Source: an uncultured Desulfobacteraceae bacterium (GTDB lineage Bacteria > Desulfobacterota > Desulfobacteria > Desulfobacterales > CAZWAE01). From it: a stretch of DNA of 64,000 nucleotides. The DNA lies in NCBI GenBank assembly GCA_964631805.1, contig CAZWAE010000001.1, positions 190 through 64,189 on the forward strand, written 5' to 3'. This document shows positions 55,601-64,000 of this stretch, in pieces. The notes under the pieces are model-generated. The model saw nothing but the letters and a program-made list of their open reading frames with translations. It did not search any database and had not been told where the DNA came from. The position numbers were made by a program, and so were the translations under genes. Position 1 is the stretch's first letter. Every line of letters begins with the position of its first letter.

Positions 55601-56559
55601 AATGTTAGATAACCCTTTTCCATGCAGTAATCCTTCAAGGTCACAAATCGATATCGATGCGCGGCAAAAAAGCGGATCTCCTTTTCAAACAACTTCTTTG
55701 CGGGGTCACCGAGATTTCTTATTTTCAACTTACTCCGCAGGAGGTCTCCGACAAGATAGGACAAAAAATGCCGGGTTCTTCGATGGATGACCCTTTTATT
55801 TCCATCATTTTCATCGATGACCTCGTTTGGATGAAAATTAAACACAATGGGTTTCTGATTAAATCCGCTTTCCGTGTGGAGCCCCCATCTCGTTATTTTG
55901 GTTATGAATGGCGCAATTCTCATGGTCGTGCCGATATAGGGAATCAGTAGAGCTGAAACCGGTATTTCGATAATCGGTCCATCGCCTTTTTTGAATAGAT
56001 CGTTCGGGGCCGTCCGGTATGGCAGCCGGGGTGCAGCTAACCATCTTAATTTTCTTAAGCCCCCAAAAGAAATCATGCTGTCGATCCGCTGTGATGCAAT
56101 TGAGCTGTCGATCGTGAACTGATTCCGGGCCAGAGCAACGGGGGTATGCCTGTTGATCCTCAACGCCGGTGCCCGAAATGAGATGACTGGCATTTGGGAT
56201 ACATCTTCCAATATATCTTTTGCTTTATGCAGATGCTCAGTCTGTTCAGATAGGGGAAGGCAGTCAAATGCTTTCTCCGGCTTATGTGAAAGTCCGTGGC
56301 AACCCACCTCATGCCCGTAAGGAAGGACCATTTTGACGACGTCCGGGAATTTGTTTGCGATATAGCCGGTAAAGAAAAAGGTCGTCTTGATTCCAAACTG
56401 CTCGAACCGTTCCAGAATGAAGGGCATTCCCTCCTTTAACACCCTCTCCCCGGTCCGATCCATCAGACGGTTGTGCCAGATGGAATGGGTCTCCACATCA
56501 ATTGTCAGTGTACAATAGCGTTTTTTCGTTTTTTGTCGGTATTGTACCAAAGGCTTCAC
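55597..56559 (-). CDS. polysaccharide deacetylase (NodB-homology/CE4) family protein
   Basis: TIDVETHS...TFFFTGYIA...GHEVGCHGLSH motifs (the metal-binding D, H, H pattern). Confidence 0.8.
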   Translation of the reverse strand: MKPLVQYRQKTKKRYCTLTIDVETHSIWHNRLMDRTGERVLKEGMPFILERFEQFGIKTTFFFTGYIANKFPDVVKMVLPYGHEVGCHGLSHKPEKAFDCLPLSEQTEHLHKAKDILEDVSQMPVISFRAPALRINRHTPVALARNQFTIDSSIASQRIDSMISFGGLRKLRWLAAPRLPYRTAPNDLFKKGDGPIIEIPVSALLIPYIGTTMRIAPFITKITRWGLHTESGFNQKPIVFNFHPNEVIDENDGNKRVIHRRTRHFLSYLVGDLLRSKLKIRNLGDPAKKLFEKEIRFFAAHRYRFVTLKDYCMEKGYLTF

Positions 56560-56622
56560 AATCTATTCAATAGTTCTCCGATTACCTTAAGTCCATCACT
56601 AACACTTCTGATAACCATCCCA

Positions 56623-58179
56623 CTAGGCAGGCAGGGTTTCTCGAATGGCCTTATTCCTTTCAGTCCGGGAAAGCCGTAGGGCGACATGGGATAGGCTAAA
56701 GTAAAGAAACATCCAGATATCCAAGCCATACTCGCTGTTGGCCAGGTACTGAACGGAGACACCACAGAAGGTTGACAGGATGATATTCGCGTAAATGAAC
56801 AATCTGAGGTTATGACCTCTCTTGGAAATTGATCTTGCCTTCATCAGATTTTTAATTGAAGCAATGTATAGAACCGTAATTGCGAAAAAACCGATCACAC
56901 CATTATCGATTAGCCATGACACATAAAAGCTGTGAACCGATGAATACAGTCTTGAATAGACGCCCACAGCGTACACACCCAGGATCTCTTTTGAAGAACC
57001 CAGACCATAACCAAATATGGGATTTTCGAAAAAGGGCTCGACGAGTAGTACCCAACGACCGATTCTGAGCCTCAAGCTACTGCCGCCATAGGGATGGTTG
57101 TGGGTCCTGGCTGAACTTGTAAAATGATCGATCAAACCGAATTGTTCAACGGCGATGACAATTGCTAAAAAAACCGCCAGACAGAGCAAAAGGATCCTAG
57201 TTTTTCTTTGAGCCAACATATCCCTGCTGATGGACAACAGACAGAATACGATCAATGCACAAGCAACACCAACATAAACCGCCCGAGTATACGTCAACAA
57301 AATGGCCGTGATCAGGAAAGCCGATATAAGAAACGCGGTAAGCACCTTTTTACCCTTCTCAACAAGTAGGAATGAAAGAACAAGGCACAAAGCCGGCATA
57401 ATTCTTTCAGCGGTAGCTCCAGCAGAATGTCCGGTTGCCGCAGTCAAGCGCCTTTCATAAAAATAAAACAGCTCTTGGTTGGGGGTGATCAAGACAAGGC
57501 CGTAATACTGCAGAAAACCCTGTACCGCCAGACAAATGCCAATGACGATCAGGGTCCAGAAAAAGATGGTTAGCTTTCTTTCGGAGTTGACCAGCCAAAC
57601 AACCAGAATGGATATCAATATACCATTGAAAAAGAAAAAATAGGGCTCACGCTGAACCCTCCCGAATCCTGACATTACCTTCGGATTGAAGAACATTTCA
57701 TAATCGAGCACTCGGGGCAGGCTCGAAATAAAGACAGCCGAAACCATAATAAAAAGGACGACTTTGAACGAGATGGACAACTCCTGCGTCATGGGACCAG
57801 AAAATGGCTCCCTTTTGATTCGGTTTTTATAATACACCGAGAAAAATATCAGCGCCAAAATCAGCGTATACGAAGACTGGAGCATACTGCCGTACTTGAA
57901 AAGACCTATAGGCAGGAGGTGCCTCGCCAGGTAAAATACCAAAATCCCGTAAAAGGGGTTCTTTATGATCACTGTGAACATGAAAAACGCAACGAGTGGG
58001 AAAATGGGAATGGCGACGCTATATACCATTTTCCCTGCCTGCATACAGTATATCAATACAATGACCGAAAAAATAACAAATAGAAAACCAATAGCCGGAA
58101 AGGCATTCCCGCTCATGCGATTTGACCCGACATTCTGCATATGAATGGATTTAACTCCGTCTGATCTTGAAATAAGCAT
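56623..58179 (-). CDS. O-antigen polymerase/ligase-like polytopic membrane protein (Wzy type)
   Basis: 518 aa with ~12 TMs and a Wzy_C-like loop (TYTRAVYVG...NPIFGYGLGSS...SVHSFYVSWLIDNGVIG). No TPR tail. Confidence 0.7.
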   Translation of the reverse strand: MLISRSDGVKSIHMQNVGSNRMSGNAFPAIGFLFVIFSVIVLIYCMQAGKMVYSVAIPIFPLVAFFMFTVIIKNPFYGILVFYLARHLLPIGLFKYGSMLQSSYTLILALIFFSVYYKNRIKREPFSGPMTQELSISFKVVLFIMVSAVFISSLPRVLDYEMFFNPKVMSGFGRVQREPYFFFFNGILISILVVWLVNSERKLTIFFWTLIVIGICLAVQGFLQYYGLVLITPNQELFYFYERRLTAATGHSAGATAERIMPALCLVLSFLLVEKGKKVLTAFLISAFLITAILLTYTRAVYVGVACALIVFCLLSISRDMLAQRKTRILLLCLAVFLAIVIAVEQFGLIDHFTSSARTHNHPYGGSSLRLRIGRWVLLVEPFFENPIFGYGLGSSKEILGVYAVGVYSRLYSSVHSFYVSWLIDNGVIGFFAITVLYIASIKNLMKARSISKRGHNLRLFIYANIILSTFCGVSVQYLANSEYGLDIWMFLYFSLSHVALRLSRTERNKAIRETLPA

Positions 58180-59263
58180 CTTCGATGGTATTCACAATGG
58201 CATCCCAGTCGAAGCGATCCTGGGCAGACCGTTTGGCCGTCTTTCCGATTTCACTGAGCAGGGCACACTCCAGGGAAAGTACTCTTTTCATTTTTTCTAC
58301 GAGGTCATTAAAGTCCTCGGTTTTGAACAAAAAGCCGGTGGTGTCGTTGTCGACGATCCATTGATGGGGAGCAATATCGCTCACGAGGCAGACTTTCCCA
58401 AAGCCAAAGGCTTCGATAATCGATGTCGGCATCCCCTCGGAAACGGAGGGAAGCACCATGAACCGACAGTTGCTGAACAGTTCCGCTTTCAATCTTCCGC
58501 TAACAAAGCCTGTGAAAACAATGTTGTCAGATCCTTCGGATAGGCGCGATAGATAATCCCTGTATGCTCTGTCCTTGGTATCCCCTGCTATAACCAATTT
58601 CACATCTGAAGGATTTATTTTTTTGAATGCCCCAATCAGCCACTCCAGCCGTTTGACCCTTTCAAGACGCCCGATAAATAGGACGAAGCGGTCCTTTTCA
58701 AGGCCATATTTTTTTGTCATGATATTCGGTTCAATGGGATCTGTAAACTGGCCACCAACTGGTGTCAGGTAGACCTGTCTCATGAACTTTTCTTCCGTCA
58801 TGATCTTAAGAGGCAGCGATTCGGCCATTACAGCATCTGCAAACCTGCAGCCAACGTGATAGGCCAACCATTCGATCCACCGGCCGGCCCGATTCAGTGT
58901 GATGTCGTTCCACGGTTCACCACCCATGGTGATGACAGTTTTGCAACCCATCATTTTCAACAAGGGGATAAACAGATAGGACGCAAAACTATAAAAATGA
59001 GCGATATCGTAGTTGCGACTCATTGCATGCCATGCGGAGGTCAGGGTGTGTACAAATATATCGGTAAATCTCGATGGAATGGTCGGGGTAACAATCAGCG
59101 CCATCCCGCGGTATCGAGTTTTTGACCCCGTGTACCATTTCCTACAATAGACAGAGACATCATGGTCTCTGCTTACCAACCTTTCGCCGATCTCCTCCGC
59201 ATCGAACTGAAGGCCACCAAATCTTGCGGGCAATCCTTTCAACCCAAAAAAGGCAATTTTCAT
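58151..59263 (-). CDS. glycosyltransferase family 4 (GT-B fold)
   Basis: 370 aa with the C-terminal E(x7)E-type motif region (PSVSEGMPTSIIEAFGFGKVCLVSD). Confidence 0.85.
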   Translation of the reverse strand: MKIAFFGLKGLPARFGGLQFDAEEIGERLVSRDHDVSVYCRKWYTGSKTRYRGMALIVTPTIPSRFTDIFVHTLTSAWHAMSRNYDIAHFYSFASYLFIPLLKMMGCKTVITMGGEPWNDITLNRAGRWIEWLAYHVGCRFADAVMAESLPLKIMTEEKFMRQVYLTPVGGQFTDPIEPNIMTKKYGLEKDRFVLFIGRLERVKRLEWLIGAFKKINPSDVKLVIAGDTKDRAYRDYLSRLSEGSDNIVFTGFVSGRLKAELFSNCRFMVLPSVSEGMPTSIIEAFGFGKVCLVSDIAPHQWIVDNDTTGFLFKTEDFNDLVEKMKRVLSLECALLSEIGKTAKRSAQDRFDWDAIVNTIEDAYFKIRRS

Positions 59264-59328
59264 TCATTCTCCATCAATACACGATAATAAAATAGTTACC
59301 ACGATGATATGCACAGGCCAGCCCTAAT

Positions 59329-60237
59329 TCAGCTGAACTTGCAGGCTCTCCGAATGCTCCGCAACAACCGCTTGCTAAGACCGCTTGCCGCATACAGCAG
59401 ATATGCATGCAAATGAAATGGATTGATCCTCAGGCATTTCCTCAACTCTTTTCTGGCCTCGACCCTCAAAGTGGCCCTCAGGTATTTCCTGCCGCGCAGG
59501 TAGTAGGCGTTGCTGAACGCCTTCTGTTTAACAACCGCAGGCAAGCGCCTGTCCCTTTCAATCGCCCGGTGCAACACGCTCAGGATATCCTCATTCAGGT
59601 TTAAAAATTCGTTTTTGGAATAGTTCCCCTGATGAATCCGATAGTATACCAACGCCTCGTTGATTAACTTGCTGGGAAACTTCCTGCAGATTCGGATCCA
59701 CATATCCCAGTCTTCAGCGCCGGCCTTGGCCTTGAACTGTTCATAGAAGACCCCGCATTGTGTAAAGCACTCCTTTTTCACAGTGATGGAAGAGTTGACC
59801 AGGCTGTAGCCCATCAGGAGTTCGTGATAGGCGGCCCTGCCAAGATCCCGTCGCTTCAGCATGCTGATCATGGATCCGTTTTCCCTGATCAGATTGGTGT
59901 TGGAATGGAATAGGCCGCAGTGAGGCAGGGTATCTATGAACGCCGCCGTGCTCTTCAATTTTTCAGGATGCCACAGGTCATCGGAATCCAGGAAGGCGAT
60001 GTAGTCGCCATTAGCCTCATGAATGCCGACGTTGCGGGCACTGGCAACACCGCCGTTTGCCTTATAGATATAGCGCGCCCTTCCCGAATAGGGTTTCATT
60101 TCCTCACGCGTGTTATCCGTGGAGCCATCGTCGACAACGATGATTTCATAATCGTCATAGGTCTGGCGAAAGACACTGTTGATGCAGTCCGGCAGAAAAT
60201 GCGCCTGATTATAAGTTGGGACGACAACGCTTATCAT
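59329..60237 (-). CDS. glycosyltransferase family 2
   Basis: ISVVVPTYNQAHFLPDCINSV...IVVDDGSTDNT...FLDSDD motifs. Confidence 0.88.
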   Translation of the reverse strand: MISVVVPTYNQAHFLPDCINSVFRQTYDDYEIIVVDDGSTDNTREEMKPYSGRARYIYKANGGVASARNVGIHEANGDYIAFLDSDDLWHPEKLKSTAAFIDTLPHCGLFHSNTNLIRENGSMISMLKRRDLGRAAYHELLMGYSLVNSSITVKKECFTQCGVFYEQFKAKAGAEDWDMWIRICRKFPSKLINEALVYYRIHQGNYSKNEFLNLNEDILSVLHRAIERDRRLPAVVKQKAFSNAYYLRGRKYLRATLRVEARKELRKCLRINPFHLHAYLLYAASGLSKRLLRSIRRACKFS

Positions 60238-60313
60238 TTTCTCTTGTCTTTATGTTAAAGGGTCATATGCCACCGGATCCGGCCGCCGGTATCACAGCTT
60301 TGGGGATTCCGGA

Positions 60314-61840
60314 TCAGGTTTCGACAGGCCCGCCTGGATGGCCGGTGTCATTTTTTTTATTGAACATCGCGGCCAGCCGGTAGGGAATCTGACGGATCAA
60401 TTTCTTCAGAAGCGACCGGTTGGCAAGGGCGGAATTGATCCAGTACAGATTATCGATCAGGTATCCCACGAACCTGAATCTTGTGGTTCGTTTTAAACGA
60501 AGCGCAAGTGACACCAACTCCCGAAAAACCTTGTCCAGAAAGGGTTTAAAGGATTCCGGGCTGATTAAAAACAGGGGAAAAAACTTCTGGTACGTCAAAA
60601 TACTGATCCGATCCAATTGCGGCATTTTCAAAATGGAATCATAGTAGTAGCTGTGAAGTCCGGCTTTCTGTTCCTGTATCCACCCCTTTTGTTCGCACAG
60701 GTCGCCCATCGGCGTACCGGGAAAAGGATAAAAAATACAGACATTGTGATGGTCCGGTTTCAACTCCTTGTTCAGCCGGATGGTGTCCATGATCATCTCA
60801 GCGGTCTCATGGGGCATCCCGATCATGTTGAAGGATGTCACCGTGTAGCCGAGGGATTTCGCCATACGGAAAGCATTGAATATGGTTTGATTGCGCATGT
60901 TCCTTCCGAGGATCTTGTTCCTGAACTGCTCGTTTCCGCTTTCAACTCCGAAATTGATGCTGTTGCAGCCCGCCTCCCGTATCCCTTTTAACACGTCGTA
61001 ATCGACATGGTCGCACCGGGTCTGGAAGATAAACGGGAGGTCAACCCTGCGCTTGTATTCCATGCAGAATTCCAGAACCCATTTTTTCCTGAGTGTAAAG
61101 GTTTCATCCGCAAACTCTATGAACCTGACACCATATCGGTCCCTCATGATCTCAAGTTCCCGGATCAGATGCTCCGCCGATCGGGTCCGGACATATTTTC
61201 CTTTACCCTTGTAGAGTATTTTCAAATGGCTGTTGATGCAATAACCGCAGGCATACGGGCATTCTCTGGATCCGCTAACGATCGAACCGGCATTGGCCCT
61301 CATATGACGGCTGTCAAACAGTCCTCGGTCGGGATACGGCAATAGATCCAGATCAGCGATCAATGAGCGTATCGGGTTTTTAACGATGTTGCCGTTGTCT
61401 TTGATCCAGAGATTCTCTATGGCCGAAACGGCCCTACCGCCGTCCAGTCGGCCGGCCAGTTCGACAATGGGTCCTTCTCCTTCCCCAATACATACCATGT
61501 CGACGAAATCATATCCGATGCAGGTATCGGGCCTCACCGTCGGATGGTTCCCACCCCACAGGATCGGGATGTCACGGCATGTTTTGATCTGCCGGGATAT
61601 CCACTTTGCCTGGTCAAGCTGGAGGGTCATGACACTGACACCGACAAGGTCCGCTCCCCTGCAGGCGTCGGACACCATTTTGCCGTCGATGCCAAAGGTG
61701 GAATCAAGCAGGCTGACATGATGCCCATTTTCTTTCAAGCAGGCCGAAATATAGGCCAGGCCCAGATGGATTTTCCGGACGCCCATGCTGTTAGGGTAAA
61801 CCAGTAGTATGTTCATCGGGCCCTCAACAGGTTTACCCAT
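60314..61840 (-). CDS. B12-binding domain-containing radical SAM enzyme
   Basis: N-terminal cobalamin-binding Rossmann-like domain plus the radical SAM cluster motif CPYACGYC, 508 aa. Confidence 0.88.
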   Translation of the reverse strand: MGKPVEGPMNILLVYPNSMGVRKIHLGLAYISACLKENGHHVSLLDSTFGIDGKMVSDACRGADLVGVSVMTLQLDQAKWISRQIKTCRDIPILWGGNHPTVRPDTCIGYDFVDMVCIGEGEGPIVELAGRLDGGRAVSAIENLWIKDNGNIVKNPIRSLIADLDLLPYPDRGLFDSRHMRANAGSIVSGSRECPYACGYCINSHLKILYKGKGKYVRTRSAEHLIRELEIMRDRYGVRFIEFADETFTLRKKWVLEFCMEYKRRVDLPFIFQTRCDHVDYDVLKGIREAGCNSINFGVESGNEQFRNKILGRNMRNQTIFNAFRMAKSLGYTVTSFNMIGMPHETAEMIMDTIRLNKELKPDHHNVCIFYPFPGTPMGDLCEQKGWIQEQKAGLHSYYYDSILKMPQLDRISILTYQKFFPLFLISPESFKPFLDKVFRELVSLALRLKRTTRFRFVGYLIDNLYWINSALANRSLLKKLIRQIPYRLAAMFNKKNDTGHPGGPVET

Positions 61841-63804
61841 CTGGTCAACGCTTCATCTATCAGCCAGTAGCTAGCGAGAAAGTCTTTGTGATGGCGGTTT
61901 TTCAATCCTTCTCCTCTGATCAGTTGATCCATAATCTCCCTCAGGGATTCCGCGTTAAAGATCTGATGATACCGGGATTCGAACCCAACCAGCGGGCTCA
62001 TCAGCATCTGTTCTGCAATCACGGGTACAATGACCTCGCACCCCAACGCCAGGGCTTCTATGGCTACCGTAGAAGATCCCACGACGACAACGGCAGTGTC
62101 CGACAACAGTTCATCGATTGGCTGGTTCCTTACATCATAACCGACACGGTCCAGATCAATCCCGATGGCATTGCACACCCTTTCCATGGGCGTGGCCGGG
62201 TGGCCCTTGAGCCTGATGTCGAAAGCCTGATCCCCGGGATAGGCGGCATGGAGCAGACTCAAGATCGCCGATGTCTCTTCAAAATCGATGGAACCCGCCA
62301 CAAGTGCCGCCCGTCTTTTTACCGGATTTTCTTCAGGGTCATCCAGATAGTCGGCCATGTATTGCTGTCTTACGGCCTCCACCAGTTCAAGGTCCGGGTA
62401 CCCCTGTTCCGATAGGAGCTGGCAGGGGATGCTGCCGTTGCATCCGATATGATCCGGCAACGGCAAGTCTGTGGGTGCATCGACAGGCGCCATCTCATTT
62501 GGGTGGTGATAGAAATGGAAATAATTGCTGGCAGGCGGCACGTGTTGAAAGCCAATGGTTTTAAGTTTCGGTGAAGATGCCCTTCTGGCCGCATTCAATG
62601 CCTTTTCCCAGGCGTGCATTTCCAGGTAATACAAACAGCGGGAAGCGGTTGGGAAATGGGACAGAGCGTTTTTAAATATCTCGAAATGGATGAGGCCTTC
62701 CATGCCGGTTCTCCCGATAATGGATTTTCGCCAGACGGGATACAGGAGATCTGAAATTTCAGCGGCACCCAAACCATCGGACAACAGGTTGCCATCGGAT
62801 CTCCACCCCACGGAAAAGTAGGTAAAACACTGGCGGATCCACTCCAGGAGAACGGCCAGGCTCACCCGGGGTGTAAAAAATTCTTCAATAAAGAAGATGG
62901 GTTCCCCGCTTTTCCCAATCGAACGGCCGACGTTCAGGGCGTTTTGATATGAGTACCCACCGATTCTCACATACATCAGGAGCCAGGAGACGGGGATATT
63001 CAGTCTCTTCATTGCTTCCTGAAGCGGTTCGGCATATTTGTTGACAAAGATCCCGCTCTCGGCGGCCGTGGCATCCACTGCCGGGAAGTAGCTCACAAAC
63101 AACAGGCTATCATCAGGCAGGCGGCGATGGCTTACGTTCCCCATTTTTCGCCGGGCTGACCCGCCCCTTATAATCGTTCGGAACCAGTATCCTAGGGCAT
63201 CAAAGACATCGCCAAGGCATCCCAGCCGCAGGAGGACCTCTGCTGTTCTTTCTTTCCATGAACGCGGAGAGTCCTTTCGGAAGACAATACATGCGACCCT
63301 CTTGCTGTGGCGGCGGCCTAATGCCTGATAAACCGCATTAAACCTCATGCTTTGAGTCGCGATGATGCTGCCGCTGATACGGTTGCTCCTGAACCGCTTT
63401 TCCAGCGCCTGGAGTTGGGCAATCTGAAAAAAAACATCCGTTTTCAATGTATTCTTCTCAGACAGCAGATTGAACCACCAGGTGGAAACCTCTTTTTGGG
63501 AAGTGAGGAGCCACTGTTTAATGGTTTTCCCCCCGACCTTACGATCTCCCAGATCTGCGGACCATTCTGCAACACGCTCTTTCAGGGCATCAACTTCCGC
63601 GTTGATATACCGTGCAGAATCCAGGACCGTTACCTGCTTTGAGCCACCCGCTTCCATCAAACATTTCGCCTTTACCGCCTCTATCAGGTCCGTCCTCGCC
63701 GTCAACGGAAACAGATCAATGCCCTCATACCCGTCGGCAACTCCGGGAGCGGGGAATTGCGCAAGGTCGACCTGCCGGTCAAATACGATCAATATACGGG
63801 TCAT
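61813..63804 (-). CDS. hypothetical surface-carbohydrate biosynthesis protein (possible GT-B-like C-terminal half)
   Basis: 663-aa soluble ORF. I recognise no catalytic motif with confidence. The C-terminal segment (AVVVVGSSTVAIEALALGCEVIVP) resembles a GT-B/capsule-synthesis Rossmann half. It overlaps the radical SAM gene by 28 nt. Confidence 0.45.
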   Translation of the reverse strand: MTRILIVFDRQVDLAQFPAPGVADGYEGIDLFPLTARTDLIEAVKAKCLMEAGGSKQVTVLDSARYINAEVDALKERVAEWSADLGDRKVGGKTIKQWLLTSQKEVSTWWFNLLSEKNTLKTDVFFQIAQLQALEKRFRSNRISGSIIATQSMRFNAVYQALGRRHSKRVACIVFRKDSPRSWKERTAEVLLRLGCLGDVFDALGYWFRTIIRGGSARRKMGNVSHRRLPDDSLLFVSYFPAVDATAAESGIFVNKYAEPLQEAMKRLNIPVSWLLMYVRIGGYSYQNALNVGRSIGKSGEPIFFIEEFFTPRVSLAVLLEWIRQCFTYFSVGWRSDGNLLSDGLGAAEISDLLYPVWRKSIIGRTGMEGLIHFEIFKNALSHFPTASRCLYYLEMHAWEKALNAARRASSPKLKTIGFQHVPPASNYFHFYHHPNEMAPVDAPTDLPLPDHIGCNGSIPCQLLSEQGYPDLELVEAVRQQYMADYLDDPEENPVKRRAALVAGSIDFEETSAILSLLHAAYPGDQAFDIRLKGHPATPMERVCNAIGIDLDRVGYDVRNQPIDELLSDTAVVVVGSSTVAIEALALGCEVIVPVIAEQMLMSPLVGFESRYHQIFNAESLREIMDQLIRGEGLKNRHHKDFLASYWLIDEALTRWVNLLRAR

Positions 63805-63846
63805 GGTTCAGATTTCCCTCAGACGGTTACCATGGATAAAAAAACA

Positions 63847-64000
63847 TCAGACCTGTTTCAGGTAATGGTGTTTGAACCGATCCTGCTTCATCAAATGCCG
63901 GACCTCTTCCAGGTCACCGGGTGTATCCACACTAATTTTGGCATCCTCGACACGAACAGCCCGCATCTTGTACCCATGTTCCAGAACGCGAAGGTATTCA
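63847..64000 (-). CDS. CMP-sugar (KdsB/NeuA-type) cytidylyltransferase, C-terminal end (gene runs off right edge)
   Basis: The minus strand reads ...EYLRVLEHGYKMRAVRVEDAKISVDTPGDLEEVRHLM...*. LR.LE.G..I......VDTPEDL..V is the C-terminal signature of KdsB-like enzymes. Confidence 0.55.
   Translation of the reverse strand, partial: EYLRVLEHGYKMRAVRVEDAKISVDTPGDLEEVRHLMKQDRFKHHYLKQV

Overview
The window looks like a bacterial chromosome segment. Gene order and protein families are consistent with a Desulfobacterota/deltaproteobacterial genome, but I cannot verify that here. Almost everything is transcribed on the minus strand.

**Positions 1-17,140: conserved housekeeping block.** It contains dapF (partial), lysA, an LptM-like lipoprotein, argH-argG-argF-argD-argB, hslU-hslV-xerC, a HAD hydrolase, a Lys-rich Rho_N-like protein, an SPFH/NfeD pair, a family-4 UDG, coaBC and a lipoprotein.

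**Positions 17,249-22,482: two tandem CHASE2-adenylate/guanylate cyclase paralogs.** One is split by a +1 frameshift in a G8 run.

**Positions 22,651-64,000: a large surface-polysaccharide locus.**
- Export and regulation genes: a PHP tyrosine phosphatase, a Wzc-like tyrosine autokinase and a Wza-like exporter.
- An unusual four-gene module. It comprises a 1001-aa FecR-domain protein with Ala/Thr/Gln-rich 78-aa repeats plus PTDAPL and TTA repeats, an OM beta-barrel, an exported beta-sandwich protein and a 920-aa polytopic membrane/TPR protein.
- Three Wzy_C-TPR paralogs.
- Glycosyltransferases, WbpB/WbpD-like enzymes, a formyltransferase, a deacetylase, a B12-radical SAM enzyme and a KdsB-like fragment.

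**Positions 41.1-48.5 kb: accessory cassette array (the most interesting region).** It sits between two directly repeated Wzy_C-TPR genes, one of which carries a 589-bp deletion. The plus-strand cassettes are Phd/RelE, RHH/truncated MazF, DUF4258/YgiT and two DUF4143 AAA ATPases. Between them lie three nested, decaying copies of a CapD-like gene 3' end, four-helix-bundle (Avd/S23-IVS family) genes or fragments, degenerate 7-8 nt periodic tracts, and a ~57-70 bp repeat that also occurs inside the core EPS operon. No integrase, reverse transcriptase, CRISPR array, tRNA or rRNA was seen.
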